A stretch of 20,000 bases of DNA from IMG/VR virus record IMGVR_UViG_3300046517_001837; one strand, 5' to 3'. The notes under the pieces were generated by a model, which was not told where the DNA came from, did not search any database, and saw only the letters and a list, made by a program, of their open reading frames with translations. A program made the translations under genes and the position numbers. Shown here piece by piece: positions 1-8,044 of the stretch (its first letter is position 1; every line of letters starts with the position of its first letter). Origin of the DNA: an uncultured virus (IMG/VR IMGVR_UViG_3300046517_001837) (Duplodnaviria > Heunggongvirae > Uroviricota > Caudoviricetes).

Positions 1-2098
1 TCACGAAGATCCCGAGCGCTTCGAGCGCGTCAGAGTTGGCGTCGAGGCTTCCCGTGTAGCTCGCGATCCGCTGGCGCTCGGGGTCGTCGGTGCTCAGGAG
101 CCCGGACAAAAAGCCGTCGGAGCTCACGTAGCAGGCGTCGCGCCGAGAATCGGTCATGAGCTTTTTCACGAACGGCACGAGCCCGCGCGCCAAGCTGTCT
201 TGGATGAAGTCGGCCATCTTGCGGCGCGCCTGCGTCTTGCGGCCGTTGATCGAGCTGGTCGTGACGCCGCTCTGGAAGACCATGCCCGCCGTGCGGTCGA
301 GCCGCGGCGCGCAGATCCCCGAGGCCTTCAGGTCGGCGTAGTCGGTCGCCGTAAGCACGGTGCCGCCGGCCAAGGTTTCGATGGCGAAAAAGTTCGTCAG
401 CAGCTGGGTTGCCTGACCCGCGTTCTCTTCGGGCGGCAAGAGCGCCGAGACCTTCGCCAGGCCCGCATGGGCGCGCAGCGTCACGATCCCGGAGTCGTTG
501 AAGCCGAGGCCGCCAGAGACGCCGCGTGCCTGGATCTCGGGGATCACCACCTGCCAGCCGGGCCAGGTGTACCAGACACGATCAGAGCGCAGCAGCGCGG
601 CGTCGACCTTGGCCTGCGCCTTGGTCAGCCCGAGCGCGCCAGAGCGCAAGAACTTGCGCCCCGCCGAGCCCGTATTGCTCGCGTCCTCTGCGTTGTCGGA
701 GGCGTAGGTGTCGATCGCGATCGAGCGGCGTGCGCTGTACAGGTAGTTGATGTCGATCGCTTCGTTCGTGGTGTCCTTGGTCTTGTCGAGCGCCGCCGTG
801 TAGCGCGCGTCGAGCTGACCTTCGGTGAGTGCAGCCGTGAGCGCCGCCGGGTTCGTGGCGCTCATCGTCGCAAAGCTCGGCTGATCGATCAGCACGTTGA
901 CGGCGTTCGCGCTCTGACCGACCGCGGTCCCGTCGTCGTACGCAGGGCGCACCTTGATCGAAAAGGGGCCGATGTTCGGCGCCGCGTTCGTGCCGGCCGC
1001 CACCGTGGTGGTGACCATCGTCACGAACTCGACCGCGCCAGACGTGCGGATGCGCGTGCCGGCCTTGATCGTGCCGCCGGCGTTCTCGCCCGCCTTGACG
1101 GTGGTCGCCGTGATCGTGATCCCGAGCGCCGTGGCCATCGCGCTCGCTGCGATCAGGATGGTGCCGGCGCCCGCGGTGCTGTCGTAGATGGACAGAAGCC
1201 CAGACGCGTCCACCAGCGCCTTGCCGTTGATCGAGGCGAGGCCCGCGGTGCCGTTGATGATCGTGGCCACCTCGGCCGCGGTCACCACCTGAAGATTGGC
1301 GACGTTGCCAGTGCCCGCCGTCGTGCCACCCGTCAGCTGCAAAACCGCCAGGACACCCGCGGTGCCATCGGCAAGCGTCAGGCTTCCGCCCGTGCCCTTC
1401 TGCAGACCCTTGATGGTGATCACGTTGGCAGCCTGCGTGGCGACGACGGCGCCGACCGCCGCATTGATGCGCGACACGACTGCGGCCGCCGTCTGATCGG
1501 AAGCTGCGAAGGTGACGACGATCATGGGCAGCGCGTCGATCGTGACGTTGAGCTTCTCGCCCCCGAGGAAGCCGGTACTGACGACCGCGCCGCCGCCCAC
1601 CCGCTGCGCCTCGGCCGCGGCAATCGCCGTCGAAGCCGTCGGGCCGCCCGTGCTGGTGGTCAGCGTGATTTGCTGGCCGACGATCAGGTTGTAGGGGCCC
1701 TTGGTTCCCTTGATGACCGCGAGCGGCGAGAAAGCGACCTCGCCGACGCTCGAGTCCACGCGTACGACCAGGAAGCGCGGCGCGCGAATGAACTTCGTGT
1801 AGAGGAAGCCGTTCCCGTTCCACACCTCGCCGTTGCGCTGGCGCGCGCACGGGTTGTTGCCGGTGATCCCGGCGTAGGTGTAACCGAGGGTTCCGAACTG
1901 GCGCGTGATGTCGCCGCCCTCGACCTCGGTGAGCACGCCGATCGGTCCGTCATCGAGCTCGCCCACCATGCAGACGACCCCGGTACCGATGCCCGTAATA
2001 CTGGCGCTCGGATCGAGATCTTCGACATACACGCCCTCAAGGGCGGTCATCTCTTCGATGGTGAAAACACGACGCGCGCGGAAAATGTAACCAGCCAT
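1..2098 (-). CDS. Contractile tail sheath protein, 3'-truncated by the window edge (699 codons in the window)
   Basis: Read manually because it is absent from the ORF track. ATG at 2098 follows a GGGGG SD, and the frame is open to position 2. N-term MAGYIFRARRVFTIEEMTALEGVYVEDLDPSASITGIGTGVVCMVGELDDGP...FG matches the sheath pattern (GVYVEE..I.G..T...GP...FG). C-term QARRKMADFIQDSLARGLVPFVKKL matches the sheath RR..D.I..S motif. It follows the neck/terminator genes. Confidence 0.85.
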   Translation of the reverse strand, partial: MAGYIFRARRVFTIEEMTALEGVYVEDLDPSASITGIGTGVVCMVGELDDGPIGVLTEVEGGDITRQFGTLGYTYAGITGNNPCARQRNGEVWNGNGFLYTKFIRAPRFLVVRVDSSVGEVAFSPLAVIKGTKGPYNLIVGQQITLTTSTGGPTASTAIAAAEAQRVGGGAVVSTGFLGGEKLNVTIDALPMIVVTFAASDQTAAAVVSRINAAVGAVVATQAANVITIKGLQKGTGGSLTLADGTAGVLAVLQLTGGTTAGTGNVANLQVVTAAEVATIINGTAGLASINGKALVDASGLLSIYDSTAGAGTILIAASAMATALGITITATTVKAGENAGGTIKAGTRIRTSGAVEFVTMVTTTVAAGTNAAPNIGPFSIKVRPAYDDGTAVGQSANAVNVLIDQPSFATMSATNPAALTAALTEGQLDARYTAALDKTKDTTNEAIDINYLYSARRSIAIDTYASDNAEDASNTGSAGRKFLRSGALGLTKAQAKVDAALLRSDRVWYTWPGWQVVIPEIQARGVSGGLGFNDSGIVTLRAHAGLAKVSALLPPEENAGQATQLLTNFFAIETLAGGTVLTATDYADLKASGICAPRLDRTAGMVFQSGVTTSSINGRKTQARRKMADFIQDSLARGLVPFVKKLMTDSRRDACYVSSDGFLSGLLSTDDPERQRIASYTGSLDANSDALEALGIFV

Positions 2099-2172
2099 GC
2101 TCAACCCCCAACGGGTTCCACGGCTTCGCGCGATTCGGACAGTAGCACGGGGCGCGCCGCCCCTGTCTAGGC

Positions 2173-2853
2173 CTAGCCCTGCGAGCTCGTGAGGGTGTGG
2201 ACTGCGCGCGGCCAGAAGTGCCGCCCCGCCCTCATCTCGAGCATGGGCGCGTCCCACGTCACGAGCGCGCGCAGCTCCCATTCATTCGTATAGGCCTTGG
2301 CCGGGATGTTGACGCGCTGCGCTGGCTGCTTGAGCGTGAAGCGCCCTGTCGCGCAGGCATAGATCTCGGGCAGGCGCAGCAGCACCCCGCGCACCTCACG
2401 CGGATTGAAGATCCACGAGAGCGCCGTCGCCATGGCGTCGCGCAGGGGCTTCGAGTCGGCCCAGAAGCTGACCTGAAACACACCCTGGGCGTCCCCGAGA
2501 TTCCAAATTACCGTGCCGCGCGCTTCGTCCCACGTATCTTCGAGCGCGTGCGGCAGAGCCTCGCTGAGGGCCGCGTCCGAACGCGGGAAGATGGACGCCG
2601 ACGGGTAGAGCAGCTTCTGTTGGGCGGTGGGGTAGTCGTCGAGCACGTCCAGCAGGGTGACTTCCCGATTTCGCGGCCGATCCTGTGCCGGGTCAGCCGG
2701 CTCGCCGCCCCAGACCGAGAACGTCTGACAGCGCAGATAGGCTTCGAGCGCCATCGCGCACGCTTTCTCGGCGTCGATCTGCACGCTGAGGCTATCGATG
2801 TGCGGCGCGGCCGCGTCCCCTTCCTTGCCGATCACGACGTCACCAGTAGCCAT
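2173..2853 (-). CDS. Probable tail terminator/tail completion protein (226 aa)
   Basis: Position between the HK97-gp10-like gene and the sheath; YPSASI and FQVSFWADSKPLRDAM segments resemble tail-terminator-type proteins. The function call rests mainly on synteny. Confidence 0.55.
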   Translation of the reverse strand: MATGDVVIGKEGDAAAPHIDSLSVQIDAEKACAMALEAYLRCQTFSVWGGEPADPAQDRPRNREVTLLDVLDDYPTAQQKLLYPSASIFPRSDAALSEALPHALEDTWDEARGTVIWNLGDAQGVFQVSFWADSKPLRDAMATALSWIFNPREVRGVLLRLPEIYACATGRFTLKQPAQRVNIPAKAYTNEWELRALVTWDAPMLEMRAGRHFWPRAVHTLTSSQG

Positions 2854-2858
2854 GCGAG

Positions 2859-3359
2859 CTAGCGTGACCCGCGCGCGCGCTCGGCCGCCATCTTTTTGAG
2901 CGACTTACGGATCTCACTATCGAGCACGCGGTTTTTCTTCCAGCGGCGCAGCGCGCGCGAAAAGTAGCGCTTGGGCGCGATCCCATGCTGCTGGATGCTG
3001 CGCCGCACCGCCCACGCCATCGCTACGGGGTCGGTGGCGCCCTTGCGCGTGGCCCAGGCGATCAAGGGCTCGATCGGGGGCGTAAACGGCCGCGTGCCGC
3101 CTTCCATCATGGCCGCGTAGGGCGCGCCCATCGTCACGAAGGCGCCCGTCTTCAGATAGATCACGCCGACGCTGTTGCGCATGATTCCGCGGTCAACGAC
3201 GGGGTAAGGCTCGTTTTCCGAGATCTCTTCGACCACGTAACCCTTGAGGCGCTCGGCGGCGCGCCGGCTCGCAATGACCGCGGCGTGCTGAAGGTCGGCC
3301 GGCAGGCGCTGCACGAGCCCCACGAACTGCGAGATCGTGACCTTGCGCCGCTGCCCCAT
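2859..3359 (-). CDS. HK97-gp10-like neck/tail completion protein (166 aa)
   Basis: Motifs PVVDRGIMRNSV, APYAAMMEGGTRP, PPIEPLIAWA, SIQQHGIAPKRYF. Start reassigned to ATG 3359, immediately after the upstream stop. Confidence 0.75.
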   Translation of the reverse strand: MGQRRKVTISQFVGLVQRLPADLQHAAVIASRRAAERLKGYVVEEISENEPYPVVDRGIMRNSVGVIYLKTGAFVTMGAPYAAMMEGGTRPFTPPIEPLIAWATRKGATDPVAMAWAVRRSIQQHGIAPKRYFSRALRRWKKNRVLDSEIRKSLKKMAAERARGSR

Positions 3360-3361
3360 AG

Positions 3362-3769
3362 CTAGACGGTATGCGTGCCTTCGACGCCTCGTGCCTCGCG
3401 CGCGCGCGTACGGTCGTGCAGCCGGCGCAGCGCGGCCTCGGTGCACTCAAGCGCCTCGGCATTCTCCTGGCACGCGTAGGGGCTGCTCTGGAAGCCGCGC
3501 AGGCGGTCCGCCACGATGGCGAGCAGCACTTCATTCGTGATGCCGTTGACGCCCACTTCCTTGATTGGCCCGTTCTGGAAGCAGATCAGCGTGCAGACCA
3601 GCGACGGGGTGCCTTCGGGGGCATCGGGGGGCGCGATCGAACCCGGTGGGCCTTGATACAGGATCGTGTAGACGTGGCTCGCGTTCCCGTTCTTGGGGTT
3701 GCGCTCGTCAGCCTCGATCGTGATCTCATGGTTCGCTGCGTTGATTTGGTGCTCGGTGATCTCTGGCAT
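3362..3769 (-). CDS. tad1: Tad1-family (Thoeris anti-defence 1) cyclic-nucleotide sponge-like protein (135 aa)
   Basis: FQNGPIKEVGVNGITNEVLLAIVADRLRGFQSSPYACQENAEA...RTRAREARGVEGTH matches, from recall, the Tad1 signature FQxGPIKExGVNGxxNExL...RL..FQ...CRENxxA...RT..RE.RGVEGTH. It has its own SD (GAAGGA). Confidence 0.88.
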   Translation of the reverse strand: MPEITEHQINAANHEITIEADERNPKNGNASHVYTILYQGPPGSIAPPDAPEGTPSLVCTLICFQNGPIKEVGVNGITNEVLLAIVADRLRGFQSSPYACQENAEALECTEAALRRLHDRTRAREARGVEGTHTV

Positions 3770-3795
3770 GGCGTGTCCTTCGCTTCGCTGGGGAT

Positions 3796-4353
3796 TCAGC
3801 GTTGGCCAGGGTACATCACCGCACCCGATCGATCCCGCCCCTGCGCGAGCTCGGTCAGCGTCACCTTCCAGTCGAACTGTTCGGGGCGCCGCACGGGCAT
3901 GTCCTCGACCACGAACGGGCGCCGATCAGTCTTGCCGTCGCGCGCGTCGACAAACACTTCGATGAAGCCCTCTTCATTGGGAGGCAGCGGACGCCGGTGG
4001 AAGAGGTCGAGGATCTCATCCTCCGTCAGCTGAGGGTTGAGCTCGGTCAGCACCACCACGCCGCGCTCGACGTAGCCGCCGTCGCGCAGCTGGCGCTGCA
4101 CCTTGGGCTCGACCTTCGGCCGTGGCAGAAACTCGCGCTCCCAGACGCGCGTCACGTCGCCGCGCCCCGCCTGGTTGCCGTTCCAGCGCAGGCGCACCGA
4201 GAGCACGCGATAGGGACGCATTCCCAACGTCGTGTTGAGCTCGCGCGCGCTGTTCACCGTGCTCGCAAGCTGCTCGGCCAGCGAGCACGGGCCCGGGTCG
4301 ACTACGACCGGCACAGCGGGAAGCAAGAGCCGCGGATTTCCGCTGTTATCCAC
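3796..4353 (-). CDS. Probable head-closure/head-completion protein (185 aa)
   Basis: Start reassigned to GTG 4353, with an AGGGGG SD overlapping the upstream stop. Neck-module position; beta-rich ending FDWKVTL. Confidence 0.5.
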   Translation of the reverse strand: MDNSGNPRLLLPAVPVVVDPGPCSLAEQLASTVNSARELNTTLGMRPYRVLSVRLRWNGNQAGRGDVTRVWEREFLPRPKVEPKVQRQLRDGGYVERGVVVLTELNPQLTEDEILDLFHRRPLPPNEEGFIEVFVDARDGKTDRRPFVVEDMPVRRPEQFDWKVTLTELAQGRDRSGAVMYPGQR

Positions 4354-4363
4354 AGCATGCCCC

Positions 4364-4816
4364 CTAGGTGTTGGTAACGCGCATGCCGCCGTTGAAGGTC
4401 TGGCTATTCGGGTTCGGGAACACGCCCAGATCATCGGCGAGGATGCTGATCAAACGCCGACGCTCGGCCAGCAGCTTCGTGCGCCCGAGGCGCGCGTCGA
4501 AGGTAATGCCGCCCGTGCTGGTGACGCCGCCCCGCTTGTTGTCGGAGCGGATCAGGCACTCGACCTCATCCAAGTCGCACAGGTCTCGGCGCACCTGGTT
4601 ACGCCCATCGGGGCTCAGACGCTTGAAGGCATCCTCGGTCACGTAGAGCGGCTGAATGGCCGCCGGGTAGCCGAAGGCAATCGCGGGCGCGAGCGCAAAC
4701 CAGCGCGGGTAGCCTAGGAAGTGCAAGATCTTGGTCTTTTCCTCTTCGGAAAAGCCTCCGACGCTCAGCGCTTTCGCGAGTGCGGTCTCTTCTTGCTCGA
4801 GCGATGCATCCGCCAC
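4364..4816 (-). CDS. Probable head-tail adaptor (neck 1) protein (150 aa)
   Basis: Helical N-term FSEEEKTKILHFLGYP, then a short GGITFD strand; first neck gene downstream of the capsid. Confidence 0.55.
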   Translation of the reverse strand: MADASLEQEETALAKALSVGGFSEEEKTKILHFLGYPRWFALAPAIAFGYPAAIQPLYVTEDAFKRLSPDGRNQVRRDLCDLDEVECLIRSDNKRGGVTSTGGITFDARLGRTKLLAERRRLISILADDLGVFPNPNSQTFNGGMRVTNT

Positions 4817-4829
4817 GTCAGGCAGCCTA

Positions 4830-5543
4830 TCACGGCAGGATGAGCTCGGGAGCCTCGCAAGGTTCCAACTGCACCCCCTGCTTCTGCAAGTGCTCGGGGT
4901 CGTAGCTGCGATTCGTGAGGATCTGCCCCGCCTTGAGCGTGGTCAAAAATCCGTCGCTCATGAAGCGCACCTCGCGCACCACGCGGTAATGACGCAGGTC
5001 GGGTTCATCGCGCTTGATGGGCTCGAGCGGGCGATTCTGCTCGTTCACCACCGACACAGGGGCGGACACCGGGAGCACTTCGGGCTGTTTGATGTCGAAG
5101 TCTTCGGGGTTCACGGGCTCGGCCGGGGGTTGCTCGGCGCGTGCGTTCGGGTCCACGGCGGGCTCGTCGGCGCGCGCGCGCAGCTTGGCCAGCACATCGA
5201 GGGCCTCGGCCTCGCTCTGTGGGTTCGCTTCCTTGAGCGCAAGCGCCTCTTCCGTGGTCAACACGGGGGCGGCATCGGGCGCGAACTGGCCGCCCGATGG
5301 ATCCGTCTGGGATCCCTCGGCTCCGAAAGGGATCCGATCGGGATCCGTTTCGAGGGCGGTCACGAGCGGATCGGGAGCGCTCGCCGCGGGCTCTGCCGGC
5401 GCTTGCTCAGGTTCGGGCTCGGGCGCCTCGGCTTCCTCGGCGTCTGAGCCCTCTTCGGACTCGCCCTCGGCTTCCTCGGCGTGCGGTTCGGTGGGGTCGC
5501 CAACGGCGACCGTGCTCGACTGCTTTGGCTTCTTTTTGCTCAT
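4830..5543 (-). CDS. Acidic, low-complexity hypothetical protein following the capsid gene (237 aa)
   Basis: E/A/P-rich disordered N-terminal region and a small C-terminal domain (YRVVREVRF...LKAGQIL). ATG 5543 preferred; it has no SD, but a TATGGT -10-like box lies 7 nt upstream, so the mRNA may be leaderless. Confidence 0.7.
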   Translation of the reverse strand: MSKKKPKQSSTVAVGDPTEPHAEEAEGESEEGSDAEEAEAPEPEPEQAPAEPAASAPDPLVTALETDPDRIPFGAEGSQTDPSGGQFAPDAAPVLTTEEALALKEANPQSEAEALDVLAKLRARADEPAVDPNARAEQPPAEPVNPEDFDIKQPEVLPVSAPVSVVNEQNRPLEPIKRDEPDLRHYRVVREVRFMSDGFLTTLKAGQILTNRSYDPEHLQKQGVQLEPCEAPELILP

Positions 5544-5571
5544 GCCGCGCACCATACCGCTGGGCCGCATG

Positions 5572-5637
5572 AAAAAAAACCGGCCAGGGTCCCCCCCGGT
5601 CTTCCGCGCGAAGCCATTACGGGTAAGACCCTGGCCG
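5572..5637 (-). terminator. Intrinsic terminator-like element downstream of the capsid gene
   Basis: Perfect 11-bp inverted repeat CGGCCAGGGTC (5581-5591) / GACCCTGGCCG (5627-5637), followed on the minus strand by G and T8 (A8 at 5572-5579). The enclosed loop is unusually large. Confidence 0.6.
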
Positions 5638-5708
5638 TGCCAGCGGTGACGGGCGCGTCACGAGAGCGAAGGACATCCCCCCCGCTTCGCGCACGCCACC
5701 GCGTGCGC
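5572..5708 (-). ncRNA. Candidate structured 3'-UTR RNA / sRNA after the capsid gene
   Basis: Four consecutive inverted repeats: 5689-5696/5701-5708, 5666-5671/5685-5690, 5646-5651/5656-5661, 5581-5591/5627-5637; ends in a U-tract. Confidence 0.35.
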
Positions 5709-5714
5709 CTTGGG

Positions 5715-7094
5715 TTAGCCCGCGTGCTCGATAACCAGCGCGCGCTTGAACATCGCGCCGTTGCCGGAAAGCAAGTCCGTGGGCACCGCGAATCCGCCCG
5801 ACCACGACCACGCGTGATCGACGATCTGCTGCAGCACATCGAGCGGCGCGCGGATGGTGTACCGAATGCGATCGGTCAGCACCGTCACGCCGTTGTTCGT
5901 CACCTGGAAGTTGCCCACCTTGCCCATGATCCCTGCCTCGGTGATGTAGTCGGACTCGGGGATGTAGTGCTCGTAGATCGAGCCACCACCCGTGATGATC
6001 GTGCGGCCGATCGGCGTGCCGCCGTCGTTGATGACTTCCGCGCCGATGTACGGGGCCGCGCGCGCGCTGCCCGAGGGCTCAGCGAACAGGGTCCCGACGT
6101 TGAACTGATTCGGGCACTCCGTGTTGCTGTAGAAGTAGCAAGCGAAGTTGGCGCCGATGGCCATCGACCGGTAGGGCATCGCGTCCGGGATCGATTGGTA
6201 GATGCGCTGCCATGCGTTGTCCTGCATGAGCTGCGCCTCACCCGCTTGCGGGATATGCACGTGATACATGCCGTCCGCGTGCGGGGGCACGTTCTGCGAG
6301 CGCAGCAGCGCCACCGCCTGGGTGATGTCGTTGAGCGTGAGCAGCGAAGTGCCCGAGAGCGCGTCCACCGTCGCCACGTTGCCGGCGCGCAGGATGCGCG
6401 CGCGCTGAAGTGCGCGCACGCGCGAGCGCGCCGCCAAGTTGGCGCCCAGGTTCGCAGACAGGGTCAGCGTGCCGGGGCCGTTCGGGAAGTCGGTGTTGTC
6501 GGGAGTCGCCGCCACCACGTTGGCCGCGATATTGGTGTTTCCGAGCTCGACCGCGATGGGGGCCGCGGGCGAGACGGGCACCAGCTGGCCGAGCAGCACG
6601 CGCTGCCGGAAGCCGTTGATGCTCGCGACCCGGATCGCTGCCGTGCCGCTGCTGGCCAGCACCATCGACATGGTGTCGCCAGACAGATAGGCGGTGAAGA
6701 GCTCGTTCCGCGTGACGCGGTTCATGGTGTCGCCCGCGAGCTCGCCCAGCTTCTGGGTGTCCTGCGAGAACTTGCTGGCGATCTGCACGCGGCTCTGCGG
6801 CATGTAGGTCTGCATGCCGTCGCCGCGCTGCACGGCCTCGACGCGCCATTGCTCCGTGCCGTAGGTGCGTACCGTCGGGTCCTGGCCGGGCGTGAGCGGC
6901 GTCATGTTGGGTTCCATGCGGCCCGTACGCGTGAAGATCTGCGCTTCGCCGATGTTGGCCGCCCAGCGGAAGGACTCGACGTCGGCGCGGAAGAGCAGCC
7001 GCGGGTAGAGCGCTTCGTAAAACGTACGCACCAGGGCGTTCTGCTGGATGATATTCGCGAGCTCGGGTCGAAACCCTACGAGTGAAACAGTCAT
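5715..7094 (-). CDS. Major capsid protein, probably HK97-fold of N4-gp56/DUF4043-like type (459 aa)
   Basis: Directly after the scaffold, with a GGAGG SD. Motifs IGEAQIFTR, TPLTPGQDP, LGELAGDTMNRVTRN, LTLNDITQAVALLRSQNVPP..DGMYHVHI, PLDVLQQ..DHAW are typical of this capsid class. Confidence 0.88.
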   Translation of the reverse strand: MTVSLVGFRPELANIIQQNALVRTFYEALYPRLLFRADVESFRWAANIGEAQIFTRTGRMEPNMTPLTPGQDPTVRTYGTEQWRVEAVQRGDGMQTYMPQSRVQIASKFSQDTQKLGELAGDTMNRVTRNELFTAYLSGDTMSMVLASSGTAAIRVASINGFRQRVLLGQLVPVSPAAPIAVELGNTNIAANVVAATPDNTDFPNGPGTLTLSANLGANLAARSRVRALQRARILRAGNVATVDALSGTSLLTLNDITQAVALLRSQNVPPHADGMYHVHIPQAGEAQLMQDNAWQRIYQSIPDAMPYRSMAIGANFACYFYSNTECPNQFNVGTLFAEPSGSARAAPYIGAEVINDGGTPIGRTIITGGGSIYEHYIPESDYITEAGIMGKVGNFQVTNNGVTVLTDRIRYTIRAPLDVLQQIVDHAWSWSGGFAVPTDLLSGNGAMFKRALVIEHAG

Positions 7095-7215
7095 GGGAAA
7101 AGGCCTCCGAAAAATCGGTGGGGTTCTTCCCGCCTGTTCGCCCGTTGACCGCTCGGCGTCGCGTGGTGGCGGTGCCGCGAAGTGGTGCGGCTATGTTTGT
7201 GTCGCAAGTATGATC

Positions 7216-7255
7216 AAAAAAAACGGGCCGCGTGAAGGTTTTTCACGCGGCCCGT
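7216..7255 (-). terminator. Strong intrinsic terminator between the scaffold and capsid genes
   Basis: Perfect 14-bp stem ACGGGCCGCGTGAA (7223-7236) / TTCACGCGGCCCGT (7242-7255), 5-nt loop, and A-run at 7216-7223 giving a U-tract on the minus strand. Confidence 0.8.
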
Positions 7256-7310
7256 CTCACCCGTTACCCCAAAGAGCCCACCCAGGGCGCCTCAGCACGC
7301 TTGCAGCCTA

Positions 7311-7985
7311 TCAGCGAATGCCCTGCTGCGCCTGGTAGTCCGACCATTCCTGAGCGGTCATCTCGAGACAGTTCTTGCTCGCGGGTGGCGTAGGAGCTGG
7401 CGCAGGCGCGGGCGCGCCCGGATTGGTGGGCGGCACTGGCACCGGCACGGTCGGCACGGGCGCGGCGCCCAGCGTGGCGCGGTTCTCGGGCGTGGCTAGC
7501 AGCCCGTCCAGCAGCTTCCCAAAGTCGGCGTCCTTGGCCTCGCCGCGCAGGAGAAAGTCGGCGTAATCGACCTGCTTGATCCCGCGCGCAGCGGCCGCAG
7601 ACAGCAGCGCGCTACGGCGCTCGTGCGCATCCGAGCGTGCAGTCGCCGTGCGGTTCGCAGCCTCTGCCCGCTCAGCGCGCTCTCGCTCGCGCTGCGTCTC
7701 GGTCAGGCTGGCCTGACGCGCGGTCTCGGCTTGCCGTTCCATCTCGGTCAGAGCCGCAATGCGGGCCGTCGCTTCCTCGGCCGTCTCGACGCCCAGGTGC
7801 CGCTTCAGGATCGTGCGCTCATGTTGGGCGAGCCGCATGGGCAGCCAGTTCGGATCAGTCTGGTCGGTCGGCGCGGGTGCGGGCGGCGCGGGTGCGGGCG
7901 GCGCAGGTGCCGGCGCAGGTGCCGGCGCGGGTGCGGGCGCAGGTGCCGGCGCAGGCGGTGTAGGAGCAGGCGCGGGTAGTGTCAT
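7311..7985 (-). CDS. Capsid scaffolding protein (224 aa)
   Basis: Pro/Ala N-terminus, central coiled coil (ERQAETARQASLTETQRERERAERAE), AAARGIKQVDYA, Pro linker and C-terminal EMTAQEWSDY helix; lies immediately upstream of the capsid gene. Confidence 0.8.
   Translation of the reverse strand: MTLPAPAPTPPAPAPAPAPAPAPAPAPAPPAPAPPAPAPTDQTDPNWLPMRLAQHERTILKRHLGVETAEEATARIAALTEMERQAETARQASLTETQRERERAERAEAANRTATARSDAHERRSALLSAAAARGIKQVDYADFLLRGEAKDADFGKLLDGLLATPENRATLGAAPVPTVPVPVPPTNPGAPAPAPAPTPPASKNCLEMTAQEWSDYQAQQGIR
7870..7977 (-). repeat. Coding tandem repeat encoding (PA)n / PPAPA
   Basis: Imperfect 12-15 nt repeats (GGCGCAGGTGCC, GGCGCGGGTGCGGGC) at the 5' end of the scaffold gene. Confidence 0.85.
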
Positions 7986-8044
7986 GGTGGTTTGTCCTTC
8001 GCTGTGATGGGTTCTGGTCGTTGTGCTGCGTAGGTGCGCGGGTG

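Noticed and set aside
200..2170. 656-aa plus-strand ORF and the 582..1850 minus-strand ORF
   Set aside because: Arg/Gly-rich shadow frames of the real minus-strand sheath gene, as expected in high-GC DNA.
3362..3769. Acb2 assignment for the 135-aa ORF
   Set aside because: It lacks the Acb2 GYRxLS...A+AQP signature; the motifs fit Tad1.
5481..7085. 534-aa plus-strand ORF
   Set aside because: Antisense shadow of the major capsid gene, with no SD or recognisable motif.
7138..7162. Possible pseudoknot-like motif (GACGCCGAGCGGTCAACGGGCG) in the capsid leader
   Set aside because: Stems are only 3-5 bp in GC-rich DNA and cannot be supported without covariation data.
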